Source: an uncultured Spirochaetota bacterium
GTDB taxonomy: Bacteria > Spirochaetota > Spirochaetia > SZUA-6 > Fen-1364
Assembly: GCA_963734545.1 (NCBI GenBank)
Contig: CAVTHO010000004.1
Span: 672,001-736,000, forward strand
Reading direction: 5' to 3'
DNA: 64,000 bases
The notes beneath the pieces are model-generated. The model was not told the origin of the DNA, did no database searches, and saw only the letters and a program-made list of their open reading frames with translations. A program made the translations under genes and the position numbers. The stretch's first letter is position 1; each line of letters begins with the position of its first letter. Shown here in pieces: positions 51,423 through 61,841 of the stretch.

Positions 51423-53893
51423 TCAGTTCGCCGGTAATGATGAGAGTATAGGTCGGGACGGTTCTGCTGGCGAGTGACACATCGAATCCAGCGAGGTATC
51501 CAGCCGCGTCACGCAGCCAGGTAGCGGAAATGCTGCTCCCGGCCGCAACGTTTGCGCTTTGGGCCATCGTGCTCGGCGCAGGTCATGAAATAGAGCGTGA
51601 CGTTGTGGTGTCCTGCCCAACTGATGTAGACGGTAACGCTGGCAGCAGTGCCCGTATTGTAGGCAAACATGTCGTCGGTATCTCGTAAGCAGGTCATCCA
51701 GTCACGAGTAACGCTCATGCCAGGCTGCAGCGTGATGCCGAGGTTCGTCGCGTCGCTTGCAGGTTCGTCGCATGTTGTTGGGCTCTGCTTCGTTGATGTA
51801 GCCGACAGCCGTAAGTACTCCCGTACGCCTTCGAATCGTTCGTGGAATCCGTATCGACATCCACCGGGAGCCGAGACCATGACGACAAGGTCGTAATTGC
51901 CGTAGTGCATCGGGCCACTGCGCCGGTAATGGAATATCACGCTGAAGTCGTCGACGCAGGGAGCGGCGGTCGAGACTCCGGAGGCCATGGCAACGGCGGA
52001 GGAATCCACGAGCCCGCTCGTGGAGGCGTACGCTGTCCAGCTCACGTACTGAGAGCCTTGTCCGGCGCTCGTGATTGCTGAGGTGGAATGATGCACCGTT
52101 CACGTTGCCCAGAACCGCCGCAGTCGGTGCGCACCGTGTATAGTTGACCGACGAAACGGCATAGTCGATGATGCGGAGCGGTCATCACGTATCCCGGGCT
52201 TGCCCTGACATTGTACAGTAGGGCCCACATCATCCGAAGCAGCGACCGACACGATCAGGAAGTACGTGCTTCCGAGGCGTTCGGCCAGATTCCCGGTGAC
52301 GGGAATGAATGGGCACGACGGACGACGCACGGGAATTGAGCTGGCCGGTCGTGCTCGAGGCAATCAGAGTGTCGCCGCATGGGCGTGAGCGTAGGTGCCA
52401 CGTACGCGGTCCAGCATATTCTGGGTGCCGTTTGCAGTTCCCGACGTTCTGGAGATGTGAAATTCGCCGTTCGAGCGGGTCGCCGGCCACCTGGCCGAGC
52501 CGTGGCTGTCAACCGCACCGTAACCGGTTGTAGTCCACATGCGTCGTGGTATCCCCTCCGCTCGCCTGGCTATTGTTCCCCGTATTGATGTCGTCCGCCG
52601 CGGAAACCCGCACTTTCAGGAAATAGGGACCACCGGGCGTGCTCGGCCACGTGCCGGTAAAGCTGATCGCCGCGGAGTCCGGTGCGGCCAGCCAGCGCAC
52701 CGTGCGTCCCCGTGTCGATCACTATGTCCGGCGGCGCGGTGATCGTGGGAGATGAGCTGAGGCGACACGTATGCCGTCCACGTCACGGTCTGGCTGCCCG
52801 GCATCCGCGCCCGTGTTCAGAAGCGTGAAGCTTCCATTCAGCGGGCCTCCGGCAACCAGGGCTCCGGTGCTCTGGACATTGGACACGGAATAGTCGATAT
52901 TCGGCGGAGAAAGGGTGACCGGTGTAGGGACCCGCGATGTTGTTCGCGGAGTTGAGATCATCATCGGCCGCGACCACGACGAAGAGATACTTTGTCGCGC
53001 CGCCGGGAACAGGCACGACAGGCCAGGTCCCCGTGATCGGGATGGTCACCGTGTCGGACGGCGTACCGGATGCGGCCAGCGATCCGGCGACGTTGTTGGT
53101 CAGGATCTGCATCCCCGCGGTGTTGAACGTGGAAGAGTCGGACAGGTAGACCCACCAGCTCACCGGTTGGGATCCTCCTGATACGCCATTGTTCTTTACA
53201 GTGAACTCGTAGCCCGCGGCAACAGGCTTCCCTCCCTTGCCTCCCGTGGGAGGCGTGACCGACTGGATCGTATAGTCGACGTTGGTTGCCGTCAGCGTGA
53301 CGTGCACGGTTGCCGTTGTTGTTTGGGGTGTGACCGGGGTCGAGTCCGTCACTCTCACCGTGTCGTCTCCGGTGGTGAACCCGGACGTGTAGAGCCCGCC
53401 GGTGGATATCGTGGGACCGGATTGGGAGCCGGCGTCGAATGCTGAAAGTGTACGGGAATGTTCCGCCCACCGCGACGAACTGGATCGTCCCGTTCTTGCC
53501 GACGCTGACATCGGAAGGATTGATTGCGAGGAGCCCTGTCGGCGTCACATTTATCGTCGCATCGCTTGTCTTCTTGTTCTTGTCCGTCACGCGGATGACA
53601 GCGGTCCCCCCTCCGCTTGCAGAGAATACCCCTGTGGAGCTGTTGATGGTTCCCGGTCCTGACACCACCGAGTAGGTATAGGGACGAGTGCCGCCGGTGG
53701 CGCTGAAGGTCAGGCTCGTTCCGTCGGCAATCGTGCCCGCGGCGGGCGCAATGGTCACGGGGCCGCTTACTATCTGGTCTCCAAGGGCACCGTAGAATAC
53801 GCCCTCCTTGCAGGAAGCAAGGGACAGGAGGAGAAGAAGAAGCCCATGGATCAACGTTCGTCGCACGTGAAATTCCCCGGCTCCGCGCTTCAT
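51423..53893 (-). CDS. Large Thr/Ser-rich Ig-like/CARDB-repeat lipoprotein, heavily frameshifted
   Basis: Lipobox LASC, two FSATGGT.PYT units, repeated VDY....F...N.G.......W..Y.S....GTWP....YL...V.A.DD....NN units, and an EAEPNN motif. Confidence 0.7.
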
Positions 53894-54966
53894 AATATGA
53901 AAGTGACCATGACCGTTGGAGAGAAGCCCATGATCAGATAGGGCATCTCAAAGTATATCTCGTAGTCGGCGATTAAGCTGAGGCCCCACCCCTGCGTGAC
54001 CATGAATGTAGCGCCGATTCCGCTTTTCAGAAACGCCGTGAAGTCCGAGAGAGTCCCCTGCGACCCTGTGTTCAGCACGAGCACGGCAGGCCCGCCCGAA
54101 ACATGTGCAAACGCGAGAAGCGGGGTTCCATTTCCTATCTCATAGCGGACGTCCGGTCCGAAGGGGTATCAGGAAGCTCGTGGCAGAGTCCGTTGGGCCT
54201 GTGGCGGAGAAAAAGTTCACGCCTGCATAAAGTCCCACGGCAAAACGTCCGGCAGGAGTGATGAACTGAAGGCTGGCAAGCAGGGAAGGAAAGAGCCCGA
54301 CGGAAAAGTAGTAGCTGGCAGATCCAATCGGGATGAATGACGCAAAACTCGAGGAGAGAGAATAGCGCATGATCGAGGGCGGAACCACTGCCGGCACGGT
54401 GCCGGCGCGGCCTCGGCCGGCATCCGCCCTGCTTCCTCTTCCCTGGGCTGCGCTCTGGCTTGCGCCTGCATTGCAGCCTCTCGCAGGCCTGCAAGCTGCT
54501 TCACTCTCTCCTGAACCGATGACAGGAGGTCGTCAAGCGCTTTCAGGATGACCGAGTCGAGCATGAGATCCAGGGGCCCCTTCTCCTCGCGTATGACAGG
54601 CGGACCCCTTTTTTGAACGTCGCGCCATTGGAGGGAAATAGCCATCTGGGAGCCGACCACGGAATAGCTGCAGCTCAGCGTGATGGCGGCGCCCGCCTCC
54701 CGTGCCTTCGCCTCCAGGTCCGGAGCGCTCGGTGTGCCGGGCAGGAAGCTCACGGCAAGCCCGCGGCTGATCAGCCTGTACCGAACCGCGTCGGCAATGA
54801 CCGGGCCGAACGACTCGGTGTCAGGCACCTGTGGGTAGGTTGCCACAATGATGTCAGGCGGAAGCTCCTGCTGCGCGCCGGAATCCCCCCGGGCGGGGGC
54901 GGGAATGAGGATAAGGATGGCGCATCCGAGCATAATGACTGCGCGTCGCGCCCACTCCGCCATCAT
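53890..54966 (-). CDS. Exported protein with TolB-N/CsgG-like N-domain and C-terminal beta-barrel, frameshifted
   Basis: Signal peptide, alpha/beta domain (IADAVRYRL...GAAITLSCSYSVVG.Q..I.L...DV), and amphipathic strands ending ...SPTVMVTFIL. ATGA overlap with the downstream lipoprotein. Confidence 0.6.
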
Positions 54967-55117
54967 GCCCCTGGTGGAACCCGGATTCTTCAAGGTCCTA
55001 CTCTCGATTGATATCAGCGTGCAATCTGAAGCGAGCGCATATATTACTATTTTGGTTAGTTTCTGTCTCCCCTGCAAGCCCTATGAGAAAAACGGCCTAT
55101 GGGGCCGCGCTGTGAGC

Positions 55118-55777
55118 TCAGCCTTGGACCTTGTGAAAAATCCGGGCGAAGAGCATCAGCTTCGGAAACCTGTTCTCCTGGCCGCGCAGCAGCCGGCCGA
55201 TGTTGGCACGGTGCGTGTAGATGATCAGCAGCGCCACGGGAATGGAGAACCAGAAAAGGAGCGGCGAAACCTGCGCCACTCCTGTCCGGTCCAGGACAAG
55301 AAGGACCAGGGGGAACAGCAGGGCAGCACACATCGACGCAACGGAGACGATTCCGAAAGAAATCAGGGTGATTCCGAACACGCCGATGCAGACGAGCAGG
55401 GCAACGGGATAGAGCCCGACGAGCATTCCCGCGGCAGTGGCGACTCCCTTGCCGCCTCGAAAGCCCGCGAACACTGTCCAGACATGACCCACAATTGCCG
55501 CGCAGCCGGCCGCGATCTGCATGAGCTCGTGTGGAATCGCCCCGGGGACGGGTATCCTCGATATGAACAGGGTGGCAGCAAGCCCCTTGGCCACGTCGAC
55601 GAGAACCGTCGGCACGCCCCCTTTCCAGCCAAAAACTCGAAACGCGTTGGTGCCCCCCGCGTTTCCGGAGCCCAGGTCACGCGGATCCTTTCCGAAAAAG
55701 ACCCTGCCCACGATGATGCTTGTGGGAAAGGCGCCAAGAAGATAGGAGCAGAGAACGATCAGGACGACCCCTATCAC
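55118..55777 (-). CDS. plsY: Glycerol-3-phosphate acyltransferase
   Basis: YLLGAFP, GSGNAGGTN..R, D..KG, GH....F..FRGGKGVAT and H..NI.RL..G.E. Confidence 0.96.
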   Translation of the reverse strand: MIGVVLIVLCSYLLGAFPTSIIVGRVFFGKDPRDLGSGNAGGTNAFRVFGWKGGVPTVLVDVAKGLAATLFISRIPVPGAIPHELMQIAAGCAAIVGHVWTVFAGFRGGKGVATAAGMLVGLYPVALLVCIGVFGITLISFGIVSVASMCAALLFPLVLLVLDRTGVAQVSPLLFWFSIPVALLIIYTHRANIGRLLRGQENRFPKLMLFARIFHKVQG

Positions 55778-57607
55778 CCCTTGCGCTCCGGCAGTATGTA
55801 CCCCACGCCTACCGCCCCTTCACCGACATGTGCCGCGAGGACCGAAGTCACTTCCGCCAGGAACACCGGCCGTGCCAGGGTGAAACGTTCGGCAATGCGG
55901 TCCCTGAACCAGAGTGCGTCCGCTTCTGCGTTGGCGTGGGCAATGCCGAACTCCATCGGGACCCGTGGATCGATCTCACGCTCCATCAGACGGAGGATCC
56001 TTTTTCTGCCGCCCTTGACGCCGAAGACCGTGGCGCCCTGCTCGACCTTTCCCTGGGTCTCGGCGTTGAGCCGGAGGATGGGCTTGAGGTGGAGCAGGTT
56101 CGCAACCAGGCCTTTCATCCTGCTTACCCGTCCGCTGCGCATGAGGCTTTCCAGGGTACGCACTGCGACGTGGACGCGTACTCTCGGGATGAGCCGATTC
56201 ATGAGGGCAACGACTTCCTCCCGGGTTGCCCCACGCTCCACCGCCTCGGCGGCCGTGCGCACAAGGAGCCCGAGCCCCATCGAAACGGACTTCGTATCTA
56301 TGACGTCGATATTGTCTCCCGCCAGCTTCGCCCCTGTCCGGGCCGAATCAAAGGTCCCGCTGATTCCGCTCGACAGGGAAAGTGACAGGACCGACTTGTA
56401 GTGTCTGAGCAGGAAGTCGTAGCGCCCCTTGAAATCAGCCGGGGACGGCTGTGAAGTCGTGGGGTGGGAGCTCTTCCGCTGCGCCCCCCGCTGGAGCGAA
56501 AAGAGGATCTGGGGCGTGATGGAAAGCTTGTCGAAGTAGCTCTTGCCTTCGAAATTGAGTATGCAGGGAACGATATGCAGCGTGTGTGCGTCTATCACTT
56601 CCGGGGGAAGATCACAGGCCGAATCAACCGCAATGGCGATGTCGGGGTGAGCCGTATGCGCGGCGCGATATTGCGCTTTCATGTCCTCCACGCGATGGGC
56701 GGCGATATCGCCGTGCCGCACGACGTTCTGGAAGACAAGGCCGGGCGAGTTCGAGTGGATGTGTATCTTGGCCCGGGCCGCGGAGCCTGCCACGATGAGC
56801 GAATGAGCCCATGCCGGACAATTCCGTTCTTATCCTGCCGACATCGATGTCGGAGCCTTCCAGGACGAACTGCGTGCAGTAGCGGAACTCCGGGTCTTCC
56901 ACCGCCTCCCCGGGGATCTCATTCTCTTCAGCGGTCTCTTCCGGTGCGTGTGTGTCGAGCTCGCCGATCCGGCCGGCCGAGATGAACCGTGTGATGCCTG
57001 CCAGCATGTGCACGAGCCCCTGCGCTCCGGCGTCCACCACGCCCGCGAGGGTCAGGACCGACAGGGTTTCCCGGGTGCGCATGAGAGACCTTGCCGCGCT
57101 TCGGTAGGCATGCTGGAGCAGCTCCACGAAGTCATCCGTCCGGGAGCTCCACTCGTAGACCGTGTTCCCCCAGTCCCGCAAGACAGTGAGGATCGTGCCT
57201 TCCCGCGGCTCTGAGACGGCGTCCCATGGGTAGGCAACGGCTTTCCGCACTCCCAGCCCGAAAGAGCGGGTGGTGAGCTTCACCGCGTGGGCCATCTCCT
57301 GCGCGAGCCCGTGAAAGAACTGCGCGAGAATGGTGCCGCTGCAGCCGCGCGCGCCGGAGAGGGCAAGGTCAGCAACGGACCGGAGCATCCTGTCGATGGC
57401 CCGCTCCTTGCTGGGGGCGATCCCGTTCACGATGAAGCCCAGGGTGCCCGCCATGTTGCTGCCCGTATCCCCGTCCGCTACGGGAAACACATTGATGGAG
57501 TTGATGCGCTCTCTGTACCTGATAAGCTGTCGTGCGCCTGCAATCAGGGCTCGTCGGAATCTGAGCCCGTTCAGGTAGCGAATCCGCGGGGCCGCCGCTG
57601 CCGTCAC
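55774..57607 (-). CDS. DAK2 (FakA-like) - DegV (FakB-like) fusion; frameshift near 56805
   Basis: INVFPVADGDTGSNM, GARG.SG.IL, EGTILTV and VVDAGA, then KIHIH, DSACDL, TTSQPS, SS.ISGT and AHVG.G. Start uncertain. Confidence 0.88.
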
Positions 57608-57819
57608 TGTCGAAGGCTCCTGAGCTGTAGTTGATTCATAAACCACCTTGGGGCAGATTCCGTTCCGGCGGGACACGGTGCCATAGCCACCATAGCATAC
57701 ATTTCATCTCTTTGAATATACTGACGCGAGGGGAAAGCGGGGAGCGCATTAGTGGATGCGCCGGACATCGACTGACCGCTCCGCCCAGGCGGGAATAGGC
57801 TGAGCGCGCAGCCCAGGCG

Positions 57820-57850
57820 AAAAAAAGCCCGCGGTCGGAAGGCCGCGGGC
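57820..57850 (-). terminator. Rho-independent terminator
   Basis: Minus strand GCCCGCGG-ccttccga-CCGCGGGC followed by T7, downstream of the lipoprotein gene. Confidence 0.85.
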
Positions 57851-57886
57851 GAGCACGTATCAGAATATGGACCTGCTCTCCTGGCT

Positions 57887-59526
57887 TTACTTGACTATGA
57901 CTGTGAAGTATGTCTTCGGCGCGTCTGCGGGAAGGAACGTGGTCCCCTGAACGTACCAATAGTACGTGCCCGGTTTCAGATCTCCCACCGGGATATCGAG
58001 GTAGTTTATTAATTCCGTTCTTCCCAACGGCCCGAACTTGGGAATAGGAGCAGCAGTCGCGACGTAAATACGGTAGCCAGTGGTCATGGGTCGCCACTCA
58101 AAGTGAATAGGCAGTGCGACGTTAACCATCGCGCCATCCGGGGGCAACGCGGGGACAACCACAACGTCTTGCTCTGCAAAATTCGAGAGATTCCCGACAT
58201 CGTCGTATTCGGCAACCTTCAGGGTCCACTTTCCGTCACTGAGAGGGTAAACACGCTGCTGGATCAACTCTGCCAGGTGAGCCGCATTGACGGGGAATGA
58301 GGCCGATTTCAACTTTCCCTCCCATCTCACCTCTCCCTTTGGGCTCCACAATTGAATTATATACATCCCGCTCCCCCGTTTCCACCAGATGCCCACGTCC
58401 ATGTCGGGGTAACCGCTGGGGTCGTGATGGGATTGAATACCGGCACATTGGGAGGCGTCGCGTCCCTTTTCACGGTGAGGGTGGCAGAGTTGGTGCGTAA
58501 AACGCCGTCCGTAACTGTGAGGGTGACGACGTAGGTGCCATCTGCACTGGCGCTTATGGTGGTGTTCAATGCGTTTGACGACCCGAACGTGATTGCCGCC
58601 GGGCCGGTCCAATTCCACTTCGTGATACCGCTTGCGTCTGACGCTTTCGCGTTGGTCGTTCTTGTCGGAGTGCTCATAGTCAGAGTGCTCATCGATCCGG
58701 CGGACACGGTGGGATTGGTCGTATCGAGGATGACCGTGTCGGTTGCCACGGGCGATACGTCCCCCGTGGCGGTCCTCAGGAACTGAATATAGATTGTCTT
58801 TGTCCCGTCACCTGCGGGGAGCTCGATATCGGACCGGAGCGGAGTATACACATCCCCCGAGCCAAAGCTGGGTAGCGAGCCAACCATCACTGGATCGGTA
58901 AAGCTGCTCGAACGCTGTCGCCGATGTCGCCATTCTGTACTTGTCCACAACTGCCTTGAAGTGTATCCAGAGCTTCAGGGGCGAGGGAGCCCCGATATAC
59001 GTGATTTCCCTGGGATTTCCTTGCAACCGTCGAGAACCCCGTCGGTAATGGTGATATCTCCCGCCGGGTAAACTCCCGTCGTGAATGACCAGCTCATGGG
59101 AGTCTCGATCTCGCTCGCATCGTCCCCGAGCACGGCCGAGGTAACGGTGACGTCATACGCAGTGTTATCATTCAGAAAGGGCTTGGGCGTCAGTGTCACG
59201 GTCTTGTTCGAGTTGCTGTAGCTTATGGTAAGGGAGTAATTCACGGCCGCGCCATTGCTGGGCTTGATCGCGATGCTGGCAGCGGAAACAGTGCTCGTGT
59301 CGACCGGCCTGTCGAACTCGATCGTGATCGGGGTTCCTGGATTCACGCTTGTTGTGCCGGTGGGTGACTGCAGGCCTTTCACAACCAGGAATTTGGCATT
59401 GGCCCTCTTCACCTCCGTGGTGACGGTCTGGAGGATGTCGATGGGGTTGGAGCACGTCATGAAGGAAAGAGCCACTCCGAAGAGGACGCCGATACCGCAG
59501 AGGCTTCTTCTCACTCTTCGTTCCAT
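57887..59526 (-). CDS. Ig-like (SbsA/Big_5-type) multidomain lipoprotein, frameshifted
   Basis: Lipobox SFMTC, PITIEFDRPVD...VTLTP...L.....Y.VTV...WSFTTG, GDGTKTIY.QF, ILDTT.P and D.VGNLS. Confidence 0.75.
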
Positions 59527-61574
59527 GACGACACCTCCTTCTCCGCTGAGGCGGCCCGGCCCTTGCCGCCGCTCCCCGCGTCCAGGCTGGCCAGACGCTC
59601 CGCCGCTTCTGGATCTGCAGTCTTGAGCTGTACCAGTGCGGTCTGGACCGCGTTCGTGTCCCCCAGCTCGTAGCCGGCCATGGCGATTCCCTGCAGCGCG
59701 AACGAGTTGTTCGACGACCTCTTCAAGGCGCGCGTGTAGTAGTCCAGCGCGCCCTGGTTGTCGCCTCTCATGTAGGCGATATTGCCGAGGTTGACCAGGG
59801 CCGAGGGGACTTCCCCGTTCGTGGTCACGATCTTCTCGAACTGCTGGCGGGCTTCGTCGTACCTGCCGAACCTGGCATAGAGGACGCCAAGCCTGTTCAG
59901 AAGCCTGCTGTCTGTCTTCTGCAGCCTCAGATCATCCTGCAGCTTCGAGATGCGCGGCTGGAACGCGGCGGTCCAGAAGGCCTGCAGCTCGGCTGCGTAC
60001 GCGGCATAGACGCGCTCGGAGTCCGGCGGGCTGATGTTGACCCTTATAATATCTCCCGTGTTTGCCGGAGAGAATTTCTCCCAGGCATCACGGACAGGAA
60101 TGAAGGCGGCGTTCTGGCCGGCAGAAGCCGAGCGCCATTCCTGCGCGCCTGTCTGCCACGCCCTGAGAAATCCGTCCCGGACCCGGGTGATCTCCACGGG
60201 AATCCAGGTCTCGTTTTCCCTGGTGATCAGGTCCGCCGGGTTCACGAAGGTGGCGGCTGCGGTGCGCGGATCCAGGTCGAGATTGAACGCCACGTAGATG
60301 TGACCGGGAACCGTGATGAACGCGGTCTCGATGCCGGCGGACTCGAGGAGGGCCGCGTACAGGATCGTAAGATCGTCACAGTCACCCGCCCGGGTCTCCA
60401 GGGTCTGGGCAGGGAATTGCAGGTAGTCCACCGCTTCCTTGTTCTCCACCTTGGAGGCAAAAGTCTTCGGGTCGGGTATATAAGCGACACCCTGGATTCT
60501 CATGGCGGTGAAGAGCGCCATTGCGGCCCGGAATGTGACGTTGATCGCCGCGGTCCCCCTGGACCGGGCGTCGGGCACGGCCCGCGCAGCGAAGCTGCGG
60601 ATGTTCATGTCATTCGACGTAATGAACGCGGCGGCCTTGCAGGTGTCATCCCACGTCATGCCGTTCCTGTTGTGCACGGTCACGGTCACCGGATAGCTGC
60701 CCGTCACGTCGTTTCCGAAGTACTTGTAGGCGACGCTGATCTCGCCCGCCACCTTCGTGGCCTCTGTGACCCCGAAGATGTTGTCCCGAACAAGGGCGAA
60801 TACGTCGAACGTCTTTTCCTCACCTCGCGCGAGCTCCTTGCAGGTCCAGGTAACCTTGGGCTGGTCCATGAACTGCTTGACGAAGAAGCTCACTTTCAGG
60901 TCCTGGATCGTCCCCGTGCTGGTGTTCTTGATGGTCGTTGATCCTGCCGGGTTTTTGTCGTAATAGCTGTAAAACAGCGGGAAAATCGGCCGAAGGGCGG
61001 GCTCGACCTTGAGGTTCGCGGCGCCCCCTCCCGCGCCGATATGATAGCGCACGCCGAAGCTCACCCCGATGCCCTGGTACAAGGGATCCGTCGGCGTAAA
61101 GTTGTACCTGTAGGATGCACCGAGGGCGAGGGTGAGAGAAGGGTTCAGCAGGTAGCTGACGTCAGCCAGGCCCCCTATGTAGGGGTTGAATACAGTCCCC
61201 TCCGCGACCATACCGGCATATTCACCCCCGCAAGCGGCCAGCCGGAGTCCCAGACGCGGAATTGGGAAGTACTGGACACCGAGCTCCGCCCCGAGCGACA
61301 GGAGTGTGACGGATTTGGTAGAAGAGTTGATCGGCACCAGGTCCGCCCCCAGCGCGAGTCCCGAATAGAGAAACTGCGCAAAGGACGGCGTGTATTCGCC
61401 CTTCACCGACACCCCGCCGCCTATCGAATAATAGGGCGTGCCGTCCGACAATACAGGCCCCAGCGGGATGTTGACGGTCGGATACGCTGTCAGGGTGAAA
61501 TCACTGGTGACCTGCGCCCAGCCCAGGGCGCCCACAAGAACCAGGCCGAGAGCGACGACGCATTTCTGATTCAT
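59511..61574 (-). CDS. Outer-membrane beta-barrel + Ig-like + transglutaminase-like + TPR protein
   Basis: Signal peptide, about eight amphipathic strands ending FGVRYHIG, DYLQFP.QTL...GDCDD...GHIY...WIPVE, and three TPRs (NRLG..Y...G, NLGNI.Y..G). Confidence 0.8.
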   Translation of the reverse strand: MNQKCVVALGLVLVGALGWAQVTSDFTLTAYPTVNIPLGPVLSDGTPYYSIGGGVSVKGEYTPSFAQFLYSGLALGADLVPINSSTKSVTLLSLGAELGVQYFPIPRLGLRLAACGGEYAGMVAEGTVFNPYIGGLADVSYLLNPSLTLALGASYRYNFTPTDPLYQGIGVSFGVRYHIGAGGGAANLKVEPALRPIFPLFYSYYDKNPAGSTTIKNTSTGTIQDLKVSFFVKQFMDQPKVTWTCKELARGEEKTFDVFALVRDNIFGVTEATKVAGEISVAYKYFGNDVTGSYPVTVTVHNRNGMTWDDTCKAAAFITSNDMNIRSFAARAVPDARSRGTAAINVTFRAAMALFTAMRIQGVAYIPDPKTFASKVENKEAVDYLQFPAQTLETRAGDCDDLTILYAALLESAGIETAFITVPGHIYVAFNLDLDPRTAAATFVNPADLITRENETWIPVEITRVRDGFLRAWQTGAQEWRSASAGQNAAFIPVRDAWEKFSPANTGDIIRVNISPPDSERVYAAYAAELQAFWTAAFQPRISKLQDDLRLQKTDSRLLNRLGVLYARFGRYDEARQQFEKIVTTNGEVPSALVNLGNIAYMRGDNQGALDYYTRALKRSSNNSFALQGIAMAGYELGDTNAVQTALVQLKTADPEAAERLASLDAGSGGKGRAASAEKEVSSWNEE

Positions 61575-61695
61575 GGGACCTTCCCCTTTTAATCAACATT
61601 CCTGCATGCCCGCACATCTTATGGAGTCACTCATAATTATACACCCCGTGGCAAGTTTTTCTCAACCCGCGCCTGCGCCGAGTTTGGCGGCGCAC

Positions 61696-61743
61696 GAATC
61701 CGCCGAATACGGCGGCGCAGGAATCCCCCGAATACGGCGGCGC
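61696..61743 (+). repeat. Two GAAT-CCSCCG-AATA-CGGCGG-CGC hairpin units (25-nt period)
   Basis: Units at 61696 and 61721, preceded by a degenerate copy. Confidence 0.85.
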
Positions 61744-61761
61744 GCATCGCGTGCCGATGTC

Positions 61762-61824
61762 TTGACAACCGTCCCCGGCTGGTATAGAATTCGACCATTA
61801 GACCATATTGGTCGAATGGTCGAA
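61762..61824 (+). promoter_or_regulatory. Sigma70 promoter plus TetR operator
   Basis: TTGACA-17-TAGAAT (61762-61790), followed by the inverted repeat TTCGACCATTAGACCA-TAT-TGGTCGAATGGTCGAA (61790-61824, 15/16 match). Confidence 0.85.
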
Positions 61825-61841
61825 ACCGGAGGTCGGTGCAC

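Noticed and set aside
45949-59526. Diversity-generating retroelement or invertible cassette acting on the lipoproteins
   Set aside because: No reverse transcriptase, recombinase or near-identical TR/VR nucleotide pair was seen. Paralogue similarity is at protein-motif level only.
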